Notes: generated from the sequence alone by a model not told the origin. Positions 11,859-28,873 are shown, counted from the first letter of the stretch. The stretch is 64,000 nt of DNA from Dimorphilus gyrociliatus (GCA_904063045.1 CAJFCJ010000004.1:675713-739712), one strand, 5' to 3'. Translations and numbers: made by a program.

Positions 11859-11870
11859 CGCGCATGCGCA
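11859..11870. promoter_or_regulatory. NRF1-like motif CGCGCATGCGCA, next to TGACGTAA (CRE/bZIP-like)
   Basis: Matches YGCGCAYGCGCR in a CpG-rich patch just upstream of the RAR ATG-containing exon. Confidence 0.4.
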
Positions 11871-11943
11871 GTTTCGTTTATCTTTGAAATATTATTATTA
11901 ATATTAAAAAAAAACTTTTTCCGACAGATTATGACCGTGGAAG

Positions 11944-14913
11944 ATGTATCAGCATGTTAGTGAAACAGGGAATGGAGCGGATGCTCAGCCAAAACAACCT
12001 GTAACGAGTACAAACGTCTCAACAGGTAAGGCAGTTTATCTATTAAATAGTATTAACACTGGACAATATATTTAAAATATTTCAAATTCGCAATATGGTA
12101 GGGCTACTTGGGAAGTGTATCATTGACATTAAATTTCATTCATACTGTTTCTATTCAGGTGATACTATAAAAGCCTTGTATTTCTTCAATATACATGTAC
12201 ATTGTAAAATACTCTATGCGCCATGTATGCATTTGGAATTTAAGGAATGCAAATGGTATTAAATTCTGAAAAAATTTCAACGCCTCATTGAATTAAAATC
12301 ATTAATATTCTATGTATTTAAATGAAAATTAGAGATTTCAATTTGGATAAGGGAGTTTATTAATACAGACCTGTCATTGAAGTACTTAATTCACTATACT
12401 TAGACTATTATTTGTAGCAAAAGCTTTGTTTGTTCGAAAGTCACCATGTATATTTCTCCCACGGTTAAAGTGTGCTCCCTTCAATTTGAATACTATTGCA
12501 TTGACCCATGAAGGACGAGACATATTTTGAAATATATCTGTAACCCCAACAGAGAAATCGGATTCGCAGACAGGTTTTACGTTTCATTGCCAAAGTGACA
12601 GCAATGCTTCTTTTCATCAAACTCCACCACAATCACCCTACTCTACAAATCATCATACTCCTGTTGCAATGCAATCACCTGAAATAATTTTCTTGCCCAA
12701 CGATGATACGCAGTCGTTTGATCTTAGTCATTTCTCCAATACTGATGATTCCCAGCTACAAATGCCTACAAATATGCTACCTCCACCAGTCCCTATTAGT
12801 CAATCGCCTCCACCACCTCCACGGATATATAAACCTTGCGTAGTGTGTGGGGATAAGAGTTCTGGATATCATTGTAAGTATTCAATTGTATTTTTACTAT
12901 GTTTATTGTTTATGAATAGCTATTTGTATAACTATTAGAACTTAACACTTTGATAAAAGACGGATAATTTTATTTGCAAATTCGTGCATTTCTTCAACTG
13001 TTATCGGTAAATGTACAAAGCACATACTTTGCGTAAACAAATACGCTCTTATTTGTAAATGCTAAGTCGGAAATCTACAGACAGTGCTCTGTTGTTAAAG
13101 TATATACACTAAGAGAGTATATACAAAAGTTTATGACTGCCATCTGGCGTCTCCACTCTATTCTGTCGATTGGAAATTGCTTTATTTTTTCCAGACTAGA
13201 GCAACTGTCATCTTTCTATATAAAATTACTATACCCGGAAGGTATTTTTCGTAATATCAACGCCAATTTTCTTATCAATATTTCTTATTCGTTGGAAAGA
13301 AACTGGCAATTAGTTTTCAAACAACTACCTTGTACATAGCTGTATGCTTTTACCTATAACTTAATCCAAATTCCTTAATTAATTCTATTACACTTTTCAC
13401 CAGATGGCGTATCATCCTGTGAAGGTTGCAAGGGTTTCTTTCGAAGATCCGTGCAGAAAAGCATGCAGTATACTTGTCATAAAGAAGGAAAGTGTCAAGT
13501 TAATAAAATAACCAGGAATCGATGTCAGTATTGTAGATTTCAGAAATGTTTCGACAAGGGAATGTCAAAAGAAGGTATTCTATAATTCTGTTTGTAGTCA
13601 AACTGTACACTAATCTTATCGATCTTTAAGCTGTGAGAAATGATAGAAATAAAAAGAAAAAGCAGTCAAAACAAGAAGGAGCCATTTCTCAGTCAGCGGA
13701 AGATTTGAGTCCAGAGGAAGAGGAGATAATTAACAGGGTACAATTTGAAGTGTATTATTTTTGCAAACTTAAAATAAATAATTTTCCATTATAATTATCA
13801 AGGTAGTACAAGCGTACGAGGAAACGATTTTAAGCGATGATATCGGCTCATTTGATGAAGAAGCGTTAGGAACCACAAATGGAAATGGTGCTCATCGAGC
13901 GAATGGTGATAAACCATCAAAGCTCAACGTCAAAGATCAAGTGGATGAAGCTTTGGAGAATGGAACCTTAGTTTGGGGTGTTCTCAAAGAATTATCCACT
14001 CGGGGACTAGTTCAAATCGTTGAATTTGCAAAAAGAACGCCATCTTTCAATTCCATTACAACAAGTGATCAGATTGTGCTTATAAAAGCTGCCTTATTGG
14101 AAATTCTGGTTTGTTTTTAGTATTTTATTGGCAATCTTTTTAATGATTTGATAAAGCAGTCTTTTATCTTAATAAATGAAGTTGTAAATTTAAGTAGAGT
14201 TTTTTGCAAACTACGTGCGAAAGAATAAATAAATATATCTAAGTATATTTAAATAATAACACTTAGTTGATTGTACAGATTATAAGACTCATCAGCTCTT
14301 ATTCGGATCTGGATAATGCACTCTCATTTGATGGTGGCGTGATGTTGACAGATAAACAAGCTGCTGCTTGTGCTTTCAGTCACGTAGCTCAAAATATTTT
14401 CCGTCTCGCCAAACAATTTAGCAATTATGATATGGATTCAACTGAGTATGCTCTCATCTCTGCGTTATGTTTGTACAGTTCAGGTGAATAGTAAAAATTT
14501 TCATTTCTATATGTTTATTTATAATTTATTTTATAATTATCTATAGATCATTATACATTAGAACAATCGGATCAGATAGATAAGATTCAGGGACCTATTC
14601 TGGCTGCATTTAAGCATTATTCAAGGAGAAAGAGAAGGAATAAACCTCATATATTTACGGAGATGCTTTTAAAATTAGCCGATTTAAGAGATATCAGTAT
14701 AACTGGTAAAGTTTATAGATATCTTTTTTTTACCAACCTTTATTTAATGATAACATTTACAATTTTTTAGGTGCAGAATGCATTTTAGATTTAGCTCGTG
14801 AAAGAAAATTTGAATTACCTGCTTTAGTTAAAGAGATGTTTACTAGAAATGAAAATGTCTCACTACCTCCACACGTTATTAACAAAGGTCTTTTATTCAA
14901 ACCGTCAGTATAA
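11944..14913 (+). CDS. RAR: Retinoic acid receptor (NR1B), about 8 coding exons
   Basis: [21 protein letters not shown]|[26 protein letters not shown]...[24 protein letters not shown]|[12 protein letters not shown] is RAR-type from the pre-DBD region through the T/A box. The LBD contains [32 protein letters not shown] and AF-2-like LPALVKEMF. The start ATG is inferred. Confidence 0.92.
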
Positions 14914-15850
14914 ATTGTTACTTGATTTTATATATAGAAGCTTGTATTATTAACTTTTCAAAAAATGTTACAGGTCTTTCAAGCCCATTAAAAAGGAAAC
15001 AGGTTGACCTGCATGTAATTTTAAAAAATATTTTATACAATACTGATATACATATGCTTATATCTATGTATAATGTGAGAGAATTATTGTTTTTCAAAAA
15101 CTCCTTTTTGATATTTCGTTTCATGGTTTTCCATAGATATTATCAGTACAACAGGGTATATAATTATCAACTGCAATTTTTGACCAATTTTAGTGAGATT
15201 TTTATATCATATAGAGGACCGGTGATTAAATTATACATGAAATTTAACAAGTATATGGTGCACAATTACTATACTTTCTACCTCATATTGTACATCTTAT
15301 AACTTAGTCTCTTTTTATATTTTGCTAAATAAACAAGAATTAATTTTATTATGTTCTTATTGCATATTAAAAATTGTTAGATTTTTAATAAATCATGCAT
15401 TTTCTTTTCTTTTATACTTTTCTTACTTGAATTAAGAAGAGTTTTTTTGTTATCTTTCTCTCTATCTCACCCTCTCTCTGTGAATTAATGGATATGTAAG
15501 TTAAATAAAAAAGAAGTTGCATGCGAAATTTTTATAAAAGAAAGAAGTATTAAAAAGAGATAACACGGCTATTTTCCGCATTTGAGAAAGTATGCTTTGA
15601 AGTCTTTTTTCTTTTTTTTTGCACTGATGAATTAATTGTTATTCGTTTGAAAATTATAGCCTATATTGATTTCTTTTTACTTGTGTATTATCTTTTTTTT
15701 ATTAAATATATTTAGTACAGGTGACTTAATTAATCCTTTTTGATTATTCTGTAATATTCAAATGTATTAGAAAACATTTTTTTATGGACGGATTAATAAA
15801 TTTTTGAGACAATATATAAAAATTGTATAAAGAATAATAGAAATAGTCTT

Positions 15851-18800
15851 TTACATTCTTTTTGGTACTAGTGAAGCAATAAATATCCATACACTTAATA
15901 TATCATTTGGATATGGATGAATATGAACAGCAACCGCAAATTCAATATGTTGATTTTCGTATGCATGAATTCCCGTTGCTCTAACTCGTTCAATTACTGC
16001 ACTTTCTCCAGAATATGCCAAATTAATTGGAAAACCGATTAAATAATGACCGCTTTCAATACTTTTTAGTTCGTTGCTTAGCAGATTTTCATAATTACCA
16101 GACATATTTCTTTCTAATCCTTCCAAGATATTCCTAAATGTTTGCAAACAATATCTATTCCATCTCGTTATTTGTCTGCTTCTCCAGCTTTCAACATTTG
16201 CCCTTATCTGTCTTTCTAAAGTATCTTTAAGGTTGAGTACTTTCATTTGATCAGTTGGTTGATAATAAAGAACTTCAGGCTAAAGGAGAATCATAGATAT
16301 TAAATATTAGTATTAGAAAATTAATGTTAATATTACTTGAATTGATGGCAAATCATCACCAGTTGAGAGGAACGGTTTCCAAAGGCTGGATTCATTTATT
16401 TTAAAATTTAATCTAAATGGTTCGTCGAATCGTTGAATATTTGCCCATATCTATTTATAACAAAAAACATTTAGCCTAAGTGTGAATGAAAAAAGGATTT
16501 AAAATAAAATTACATTCTTATCCGATACCAAACAATCGATCCTTTTTAGAGCGCAACGTTGATCACAAACATCCCATACTTCTCCTGTACTGGCATTCCA
16601 TAACTTGTCTAGTTTTGTACTTTCTCCAGTTAAAACGTATGCTGTTGGCCCTTCAGGAATGGCTAAACCTGTAAAGCAAGTTTTATTATTTTATCGTTAT
16701 GATTTTCTATCAAGAAAAATTACCCAGAACAAGATAAGCAGTCACGCCTAGAGATAAGAAGTAATTGCAAAGTAGAACAGCGTGTTCTTCTTCATCACCT
16801 TCTTTCATAAGCAGAAATTGCTGTAGTTGTCAAAAAATAAATACATTGAAAAACGGTTAGCTGTATTCCTAAAATAAATACTTCGCAAGTAGCCCATATA
16901 TCACACATTCCTGGGAATACAACGCTATCAGGAACAAATGGTATCATAGAAACGAATTTTGCTATTAATCTCTGTAAAAAAATGTATAAATAGAATAAGC
17001 AATAGCGAAAGTATGACAAACCATAGCTTCCATTTTTGAAGAGCCTTCAGGCACAACGTCTGGGGGAGGTGGTAATGGCTTAATAAACCTTGTTATCATT
17101 GTAGATTTTCCATTAATATCTATTACAAGTGTCTAAAAAGGACAAAAATGTATAATTATTATAAATTTTCGATAATTTATTATATGAATAATAAGTTATA
17201 TGTTTGTTTTACCTTATAACTACGTTTAGGATATTTAGATTCTAATTCTTGAAGCCATCTTTCAGAAGCTTCAGTCCATTTAGGTTCTTCGTTACTTTCC
17301 AACTGCAACAGAATTTAATGTAAATAAACGCAATGAAAGAGATAAATAAGTATAAATGAGAAAAAATATAATCATTATTGGTGTACTACTAAGAATAAAC
17401 AAAAATTGCGTAAAAAATCATAAACTATAATATTGATATTTATAATTAGGACCAATAATTTTATCCATCCGATTCTTTAAAAAATCATGCAAAACATGCA
17501 AAATTTCTTAATTAATTGAAACGAATTAGTGTATAATATACAGTATATAGGATATTTTGTAAATCATGGTATTTTTTTGCTATTTCACCTTTAAGAGGTT
17601 TTCATAAACCTGTAAAAAAAATTCAAATGTGCATAGCAACAGAATATTAGAAAGATGAAAAAAAGAAAATTTATAAAAATGGCTTAGACAAAAAAGTATA
17701 GAATGTAAAGTTTGTATGAAAAAGTTAGAGTTAAGATAATAATATAATCTATGTTGCATACCCTATCTTTGAATGGATCAGGCCTATTTAAAAGAGGTTC
17801 CAGGGTTATAAAAAGTGTAATGTAAGTATCCTTTTCTCTTGGATCTGCATTCGCATAGCCCAATAGTATAGGTGGTTTACTCAATTTAAAAGTTCCATCA
17901 ACCTTGATGTAAAAATAGATTAAAAACATATTTCTCTTCAATTTTCTATTATTATAAAAAAATATCTCCTTACTCTTCCATTGAAATAGACAGTTGTAAA
18001 AGGGATTGTTAAGCTACCTAGACATCTTTTTTCAGTGATTCTTTGCACTCGATTATCACTTTGCTAATTATTAGAAAAAGACAAAAGTATTATTAGCACC
18101 TTTTTTCGACTAATATTATAAGACTCTAATTACCTGCTGTTCTTCAATAATGCATTCATCAAAAATACTTATGATAATACAGTCTTTAATAGTTTGGAGA
18201 TTTGACGGACTATAGTTGTTATCTGGCGGTCTATTAGAGAAACAATATAAAGAACACTGTTCAATTCAAAAATAATACCACGGTTATACCTAAAAGCTAG
18301 CTCTTGTTGCTCATTCCAGGTAGGATTAGAACCTTCTGCAACTGTTGTTGCATAAGATCTTCCTTGAAACAATATTTGTACTAACGGTCTCACGGCCACC
18401 TATTATCAGTAAAGAAAATATGTAAAAATACTTGAAAATAAATCAACACTTAACGTATAGAGAAAACTCTAACTAACATTCAAACTCATTACAGACATTT
18501 AACTAAATGATAATTAAAATACTTTACATAATTATCCTGTATCTTTTCAAGTTCATAGAAAGAAAAGATATAAAAGAATAAGATTAATAAAAAGGTGTAG
18601 ACTAGTATATATATTATGATATAAATGCTGTTTATTATTGTTTGATTTATCATTAAAAAAAGACTAACCATAGGGCCACCGTCTCTTCTAGTCATACCAC
18701 CGCCAAATTGGCTTCTTGCAGTTCCCATAAAAGTACCGCCTCTAGTAGTTGAATCCGGTCTTTAGAGGAAGATGAAAGTGAATTTTAATTTAATTTTGTT

Positions 18801-21800
18801 AAGTTTGAGGTTTATCTCAATATAGATCGACCTATAATCCTAAAAGAAATGACTTACACTGGAGGCTCTCTAATGGGATTTGATCTTACAGGAATATTAA
18901 CCGCTCTGATAATATTTGCTAATAATTTAACATTTAAGCCTTGGAGAACTTGTGGTGGTTGTTTCTTTAATGGTTTCCTTGTTACTAAGAGTTTTCTTGT
19001 TCGAGGTTTAAATACGTTCTTTATAAACGGTAGTAAATTGCTAGGAAAAAGATTTGTTTTAAGAAATCATTTTCAATAATGAAGAGAATACCACTATCTC
19101 AACTTACTCAACTGCTGGCATAGGATCTTCGCTTATAATATCCTGAAAGGTTTTTCGATGAGAGGCCATTTTGAAACGGACCATAATTTGTTCTTTAACA
19201 GCTTGCATATATTGGCTAACTTGACTACGCTGTTCTTCTCTTGGTTTCTTTTCTAGATGTTTTCTATCATCGTAACTTCGGAATACCTCATCTTTAATTT
19301 CCCTATCGAACGGTGGGATATTTTTAGAGTTGTGAAATTCTTTAACTTCTTGCTCTCGAAGTGAAATTAATCGAAAACGCTTTGAACGTTCAATATCTTC
19401 ATCATCCGCGAAATCAAATTCGGTCTGTAATTGATCTAACCGGAAGACTTGACGTCCAATATTAGCAGCAGTTTGATTTGGAAGTTGTTCCTAAACATAA
19501 AAACATACTATTTAAAACGCTCATTATCAAATAGTAAATAAATTTATTAATACCTTTTTGTATAGCATAAGATCCGCATCATTCGGATCGTTTGGATCAA
19601 GACGAGCATTAATGATCCATTTACGAAATTTATCCATATCAGCAATTCCTGCAGCACCAATGGCCGAAATAGGATCATTTCCTTTTGAAATGTCTCTGAA
19701 AGAAAGTTCTCATATGTATAATTGTAATTAAAAAATTGATTTCTTCGAGAGAATGACGATATGAAAGGAATATTCTTGCAGAGGTTACTTTTCGGTTGTA
19801 TAATTTTCAATAGGCTTAGTCAATAGTTATCGTATAAATATTTATGGAAACTAAAGAAGTAATTTATCTATCCAGGCACTAAAAAGAAATACACAACATA
19901 CCCGTATCCACCAGATGGAGCGGGTGAAAGGACATTTCCATCCTCATCAACAGCCCACGAGACGGATGCCCAAAGGTTACCCGTGGTATTTAAATTAATG
20001 TAGTTATTACTATTAGAGCCAACATTGATTGGGTGTCCTTTATTAGGAAGGAAAAGTTTCATTTATTCAGAATGAATACTAGTGTAAAAATACAAAATAT
20101 TCATACCACTTCCAACTCCCTCGTGATTGTATGTAAATTTCAAAACACTACTAAACGAATTTTGGTCCAATTGGACATTTTCATTAGTTACATTTGCCTC
20201 TGGAATACCAGTAAAAATCTGAGTTAGCAGATTTGTCGTTAATCTGATAGTTTCGTAGACATCTAGACGTATATTCTCTGGCCATCTTACAATCCTTGTC
20301 TCAAAAACTTGAGCAAATCTTATGGTAAATTCTTGACCTAATGGCCTTTACAAAATAGAGATATTAACAATCATCAATAGAAGTAAACACTTATTACTTA
20401 CTTTGAGGACGTCTTACAAACTTCCTTATTGTCAAAGTAGATTTTAATGTATAGTTTGCATTTGTCAACTTCATTCCTTCGCAGTTGTTCACTCCTGTAG
20501 AACAAGAATATTTTAAGACTATAAATTAAGAGATAAAATAAAATAAACGAACTTTGGACAAGTATTTGTAGCGGTAATAGTTCCAGAGGAGGAGAGTTCG
20601 GGATGAAGGATATGTTCGCCTTTTGTGAAAAGCAATTAAATTAGTTATTGAAATAATATTTCAGAATTAAACCAAGAATCATACCTGGAAGTCTTCGGAT
20701 TTTGGAGTATAAATCCAAAACTTTTTGTTTTACATCTTCTTGATCAATAGGCGACGGTTTTATTGGCTTTTCAATTTGGGGAGCATTAATTATGTCCAAA
20801 TCCTGTCTTTCTTGTTCCTTTGTTAAAGAAAACAAAAGCTGATAAGAAATTAAAATTTTACGGTGACCTAGTTCAAAAGATATTCAATCTATGACTAAGA
20901 AAAGAAACGTGTATTTTTTTTATTATATAGCTATTATTCACAATCATCTATATTAAGAATAAGAGACTATTAAAAGAAATACGATTCATATAATTGCACT
21001 AATTCTACATATTTGAAAGATAAATATTCGCATTTTGTTCATAGTGTTTTCTTGCAGGAAATAAATTTAGAGTATTTGGATATAGATGATTTTCGTCAGT
21101 ATTTTTTTTCAAAGCATATCGTATACCATAAAGTGCTGTTAATGCTAAACATAGAACGCCTAGAACGCTTATTATCATTGTAAGAGAATTCAAATGGGTT
21201 TCTAATTCTTTTATAGCACTAATGAAAAATGTCACTTTGTCATTATATATATTACTATGCTCAGGAAAGAACGTACTCTTTTCTAGGAAATTTCAGTAAT
21301 GAACTTTGGTTCTTTGAATTTTGTAGGTTAACTTTTGAGTCGTGACTTAAGTTCTCTTTTTTAGATAGAGAATTTGTAATATTAGTCATGTTTAGATTAA
21401 CGACTGTTGAAGTTATACTGGTGCTCTTTGATTTGTACAGATTAACAATCAGAAAGAAAATCAACAGCACCATTGTGATTTTCTCAAATACAGTTTTTAA
21501 AAATGAATAATACGTCATAACTTATTATTAAGTATAAGTAGTTAGTTACCTCATCTTCTTCAGTATCTATCGCCTCTTCTTCTTGCTCTTCTTCCCCGCG
21601 TTTCTTTTTGGTTTGGCGTTTAAGACGTTTCTTTTCTCTTATCTTTTCTCGTTTACGAGCTTCTTTCTATTAGAATTGAAATTGCAACAATATGAAAACA
21701 ATTCAACATGAATCAGTATCTTTTAACAAACTCTAGCTTTTGCTTGTTCGTCATATCTGGCTCTCTCTTCTTTGTATTTTTCTAATGCTAACTTGTAATT

Positions 21801-24652
21801 TTCTTGGCGTCTTTCGACAATTTCGGCAACTTCCTCATCAACGTCAAGTTGATAATTTGCATTGTCAGCTTCCTTGTCGACTTCCTCTCTATTGGAATAT
21901 TGTAATAAGAAAGTTAACAACACCAAAAAGTGATATTTTTATATACGTACTTGTGAATTGTCAATTTTGTTGGCGTAGAAAAGAAACCTTGAGTTTTCCG
22001 AAGCTCTTTCAAATCTTTCCAAGTCTTAATGATGCTCCTAATTAGCTCTCTATCAGTTGATAGTTCTGAATGCCATTGTTCTCGAGTATACCTGTAGCCA
22101 TGAAGTTTTTAAAATGAAGCATAAATATAATTTTTAATAGGGATACTTTAGCTCTTCTTTATATTGTTTAAGACGATTTATATGATCTGTAGGAGTTTTT
22201 TTCTTTGTTTCATTCGCTTCTTCAATACTTCTCTCCAAATGTTCAGTCGCTTTTTTCAAAGCTTTTATCTAATTTAAATATGATTAATTGTATAATACAT
22301 TTCTTCATCTAAATTCTTACTTTAGATGAAAGGTAGTCACTGATTTTCTGCTTTGATCTCTCTTCGTATGCTTCGCAATACTCAGTTAGAATAGATGCTA
22401 GTACGTGTTCCCTTGAAAACAGATGATGATGCGTAAATCTTATCGTGTTGATATCTACGTTAAGTTGGTATTTTCCTGAATTTGATGAAATTCCCCTATC
22501 ACTATCTATAATTCTTTTGTCCATATCTAACTTAATGGTCTGAAACATAATATAATATAAATGAAGGAGTGTGTAAATTTTTCTTTCAAAATATTTACAG
22601 GTTGGTATCCAGTGGTAAATCCAAGGTCAGGATCGTCTGGAACAAACGGTTTTATAGGGTTGGACTTAAGTGGATCAGGGAGCATAATAAGTCTGCCATC
22701 TTCTCCAAACCAATTTCTTCCCTTTTTTCAATTAACAAAAGAAACAATTAATTGAAAGTAGAGTTCATTAGACTTACTTACTTGATCTTTTTGCTTCAAT
22801 AAACGATTTTCCATGCGAATGAGATTTCCTCTGGAAATAAACGGTTTTTTTCCAACAAAAAAGCCTTCATCTTCAATAAAACGTGGTTGTTCGACATCAA
22901 ATATTCGATTTTTGATCGGTTCTAAGAAATTTTATGTTACTTCTATTCGTGTATATGATAGAAATACCTTCAACAGCGTTCACATAGTGATAAAGTTTAC
23001 TTTCTTCTTCTAATCTCGACTTTAACGGCACATAAGACGTTCCAGTCAGTATACTAAAGCCAGATATTTTCTTTTCTGCAGCTGATTTGTCTTTAAGATA
23101 AAAGAATTTGTAGACCCTCTATTGCTATTAACATGTAAAGTCTATTACAACCTTCTTTGGGTTGCTCTTCTGGTCTATCTCCAGGGGGTTCTTCTGTTGC
23201 TTCTCTTGGTTGATCAGCTTGTGTTTCTGTTACTTCTTCAGATGGTTCAACGGGGGCAGCAGTTGATGGCTCTGGCTCCGGTGGAATTTCTTCTTCTACA
23301 TCCTCTTCTTGATATATTTTTGTAAAAAAATTATAAGCTTCTTCCCCAGTTGGTACTAGTGGATCTTTAGGCTGCAAAGATACATTTTCAGAACTGTTTA
23401 GTCATTTGACAATTCTATTACCTGAGTATCAGTTGTTTCTGGTTTCATTGGTCTCCATGTACGTGGTTCAGAATATAAATCCTGTTTAATAGAAGCAAAA
23501 TGGCAATATATAATTGATTAAATATAAACAATTATTTTATACTTACATCATCAAACCTTGTACTTCTCATTGCATTCCTTGTAAGTCTTTCAGAGGATTC
23601 TTCTTCTTCTTCTTCTTCTTTCGATTCTACCTCCTACGTAATTAAAAGATAAATCCCGAAATCAATTTGCTAAAATTAGTTACTTTGGCCATCTTTTGAA
23701 ATCTCTTTCGATATTTTTCCATTGTATCAGTTCGAGGCGATTTTAATGTTAGACTTGCTTTTCCTAGAAAATTAACAGTTGTTTAATATTAGAAATAGTA
23801 TATAAAAAACAGTGATAATTACTGGGCGATGTTAGAAGGGAACTTCTAGCGCTAGCCGGTGGTGAATAATCATCGCCTTGGTCTTCTTCTTTGGCCTTTC
23901 TCGTCTGTAGTAAAATTTTGTCTCGTAATCGTGAACGAGCAAATGAAGTAGTTTGTCTAGCATCGGGAGCATCTTCACCTTCCGAGTCAGGTGTTTTCCG
24001 AATCTAGAAATATGGTATTTTTAGATTATAATGTAAAAGATAGGTTTCAAATAGGATTCGTACTGCTTTCTCCGTGGCTTTTCTCCTTCTTTGAAGTTGT
24101 TTAACTAACATTTCGCTATCTTTATTATCTTGGGGCTGTTGTTAAAATCAACATGGATTGTTTTAAAATACGAAATCAGTTAAAATGTACCGCTTCTTCT
24201 ACTTCTTCCTCAGAATCATTTTTAAATTGTTCAACCTATAAGAAAAACATTTATATAAATATAAAAAAAAGAGTATAAAAAGTTTTTCTTACTGCGTTAT
24301 TCTCCTTTTCAATAGCCGTTTTCTTCCTCATCGCTTCCATCCTAGCCCGTAGCCGGCTTCCGACTGAACTGTTTATTTGATTATTTGATTAAAGCAGGCA
24401 CATTTATGGAAATGAAGAAAAACAAATGAAACTAGGTTATTTCATATTTAAAACTTTTCAATTAATTGTGAGAAGAAAAATGTCAATTTCGTTCGTTTTT
24501 CGTGCTCTTTTTTAAGTATAGGCCTAAGTATACATGTTTCAACGCGTTTTAAAATAAGCATTCTATGTAAACTATAAACATTTATATACATTAATTTTAC
24601 TACTTAACCTAGAAATATTTTATTATTACCTTGTTTCATTGTCTTGGCTCAT
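15851..24652 (-). CDS. CC2D2A: Ciliary transition-zone protein CC2D2A/MKS6, more than 30 short exons
   Basis: C-terminus ITRWNRYC...GFPINLAY...[26 protein letters not shown]2 segment [46 protein letters not shown] and a long acidic/coiled-coil N-terminus. Start inferred from MSQDNET|[17 protein letters not shown]. Confidence 0.92.
21005..21473 (-). CDS. Putative nested two-exon gene (21473-21277, 21218-21005) encoding a type I membrane protein of about 136 aa, inside a CC2D2A intron
   Basis: A 58-nt GT-AG intron (21276-21219) joins two ORFs in frame. The product has a hydrophobic N-terminus, an S/T/N-rich region with NxS/T sequons, a TM helix ([19 protein letters not shown]) and a basic RYALKK segment. 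AATAAA lies about 80 nt after the stop. Confidence 0.6.
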
Positions 24653-24946
24653 TATTGTTGAATTTTGTTATTTAAAAAGTAACTCATTTATCACTCAAAA
24701 AAATGTAAAAAGTAACATTTGTCTCGTATTTAAGAGATATAATAACTTTCTAATAACAAAGCATGTTACTAGAAAAATCAGTTTGTAAAATATCACATTT
24801 AAACTTTGATTGAAGGAAAAGTAGATGAAAATTAAATAAAAATAAGAATTTTATAAAGAAAGAATCCGACTATAGTGGAAACTGGTAAATAGTTCTCCCA
24901 GTATGCAATTTTAAAGTAAAACATTAATCATCGCCACGGTTTCAAA

Positions 24947-27932
<2,986 letters not shown>

Positions 27933-28873
27933 GCATTTCTGTGATTTATAGACTGCTTTTCAAAAATTACTGTATATACTGAATAATTGTTTAAAAAAAA
28001 GATTAATAATTGTGCCTACCAATCAAACATGTTGGCTTTTAAAGGGATATATAAAAAAAAGATAACTTAAAAATATGAATAAGAAAATCAAAAACTTTAC
28101 TTTATTAACGATTTACCAAAAGCTACATGACGGTTTTACTTTGAATTATGTTATCGAATTATAATAAATTACGATTAGAGTTTATCCTGCCTGTCACATT
28201 AATTAAATAGTGAGTTAGAGTGAATTTCTTTCCTACGATGACTGTCAAGGTATAAGTTTGAAATTATTTTTAACACTTTCTTTTATTTTCTCACCGAACG
28301 TTGTTTTTTATTCTTTTAAGTTTTTATTGCTTATCTTGATTAAATGTTTATGTTACTTAAATAATGAATGTATTCAGCAAGTTATTAATATGACATTTTT
28401 TTGACAATACTTTTCTAATCCAATTACACTTGTTGCTTTCAATGTTAATTGACAAAATAACATGAAAAACTAACTTCTTTTTTTTATTAATAAATTAATT
28501 ATGTCTAAAATAGTTAGATCTTTTTAAGTAATGAATTTCATAATATGTGTTAAATTATGTACCAGTTATAGCTGAAACTTAAATTAAGCATTTACATATC
28601 AATCATTTGATTTCGCTTCAAATGGATTTAGTTATCACATTAATATGCAAAAGACTCTTTTTCTATTTAAGGAATTTTTCACCCCCTCCCCCACTCTCCG
28701 TATAGATTAAAATTAGTTCATTTTCGATTCTTTTTGGAGTAAAAGTCTTAATCAAATGAAAAAAGATAACATTTTATTTCATTTTAAATGCCTAGAAGTT
28801 ACTTTATTTAAGTATTTAATAAGCAATAAGCAAAAATGGGTACAAAAAACACTTTGTGAAATTTACAACGATG

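Noticed and set aside
14918-15302. ORFs of 68 and 126 aa downstream of RAR
   Set aside because: They lie in the AT-rich 3'UTR/intergenic region and have I/F/Y/K-biased, low-information composition.
18849-23325. Several plus-strand ORFs opposite CC2D2A
   Set aside because: Antisense shadows of coding exons.
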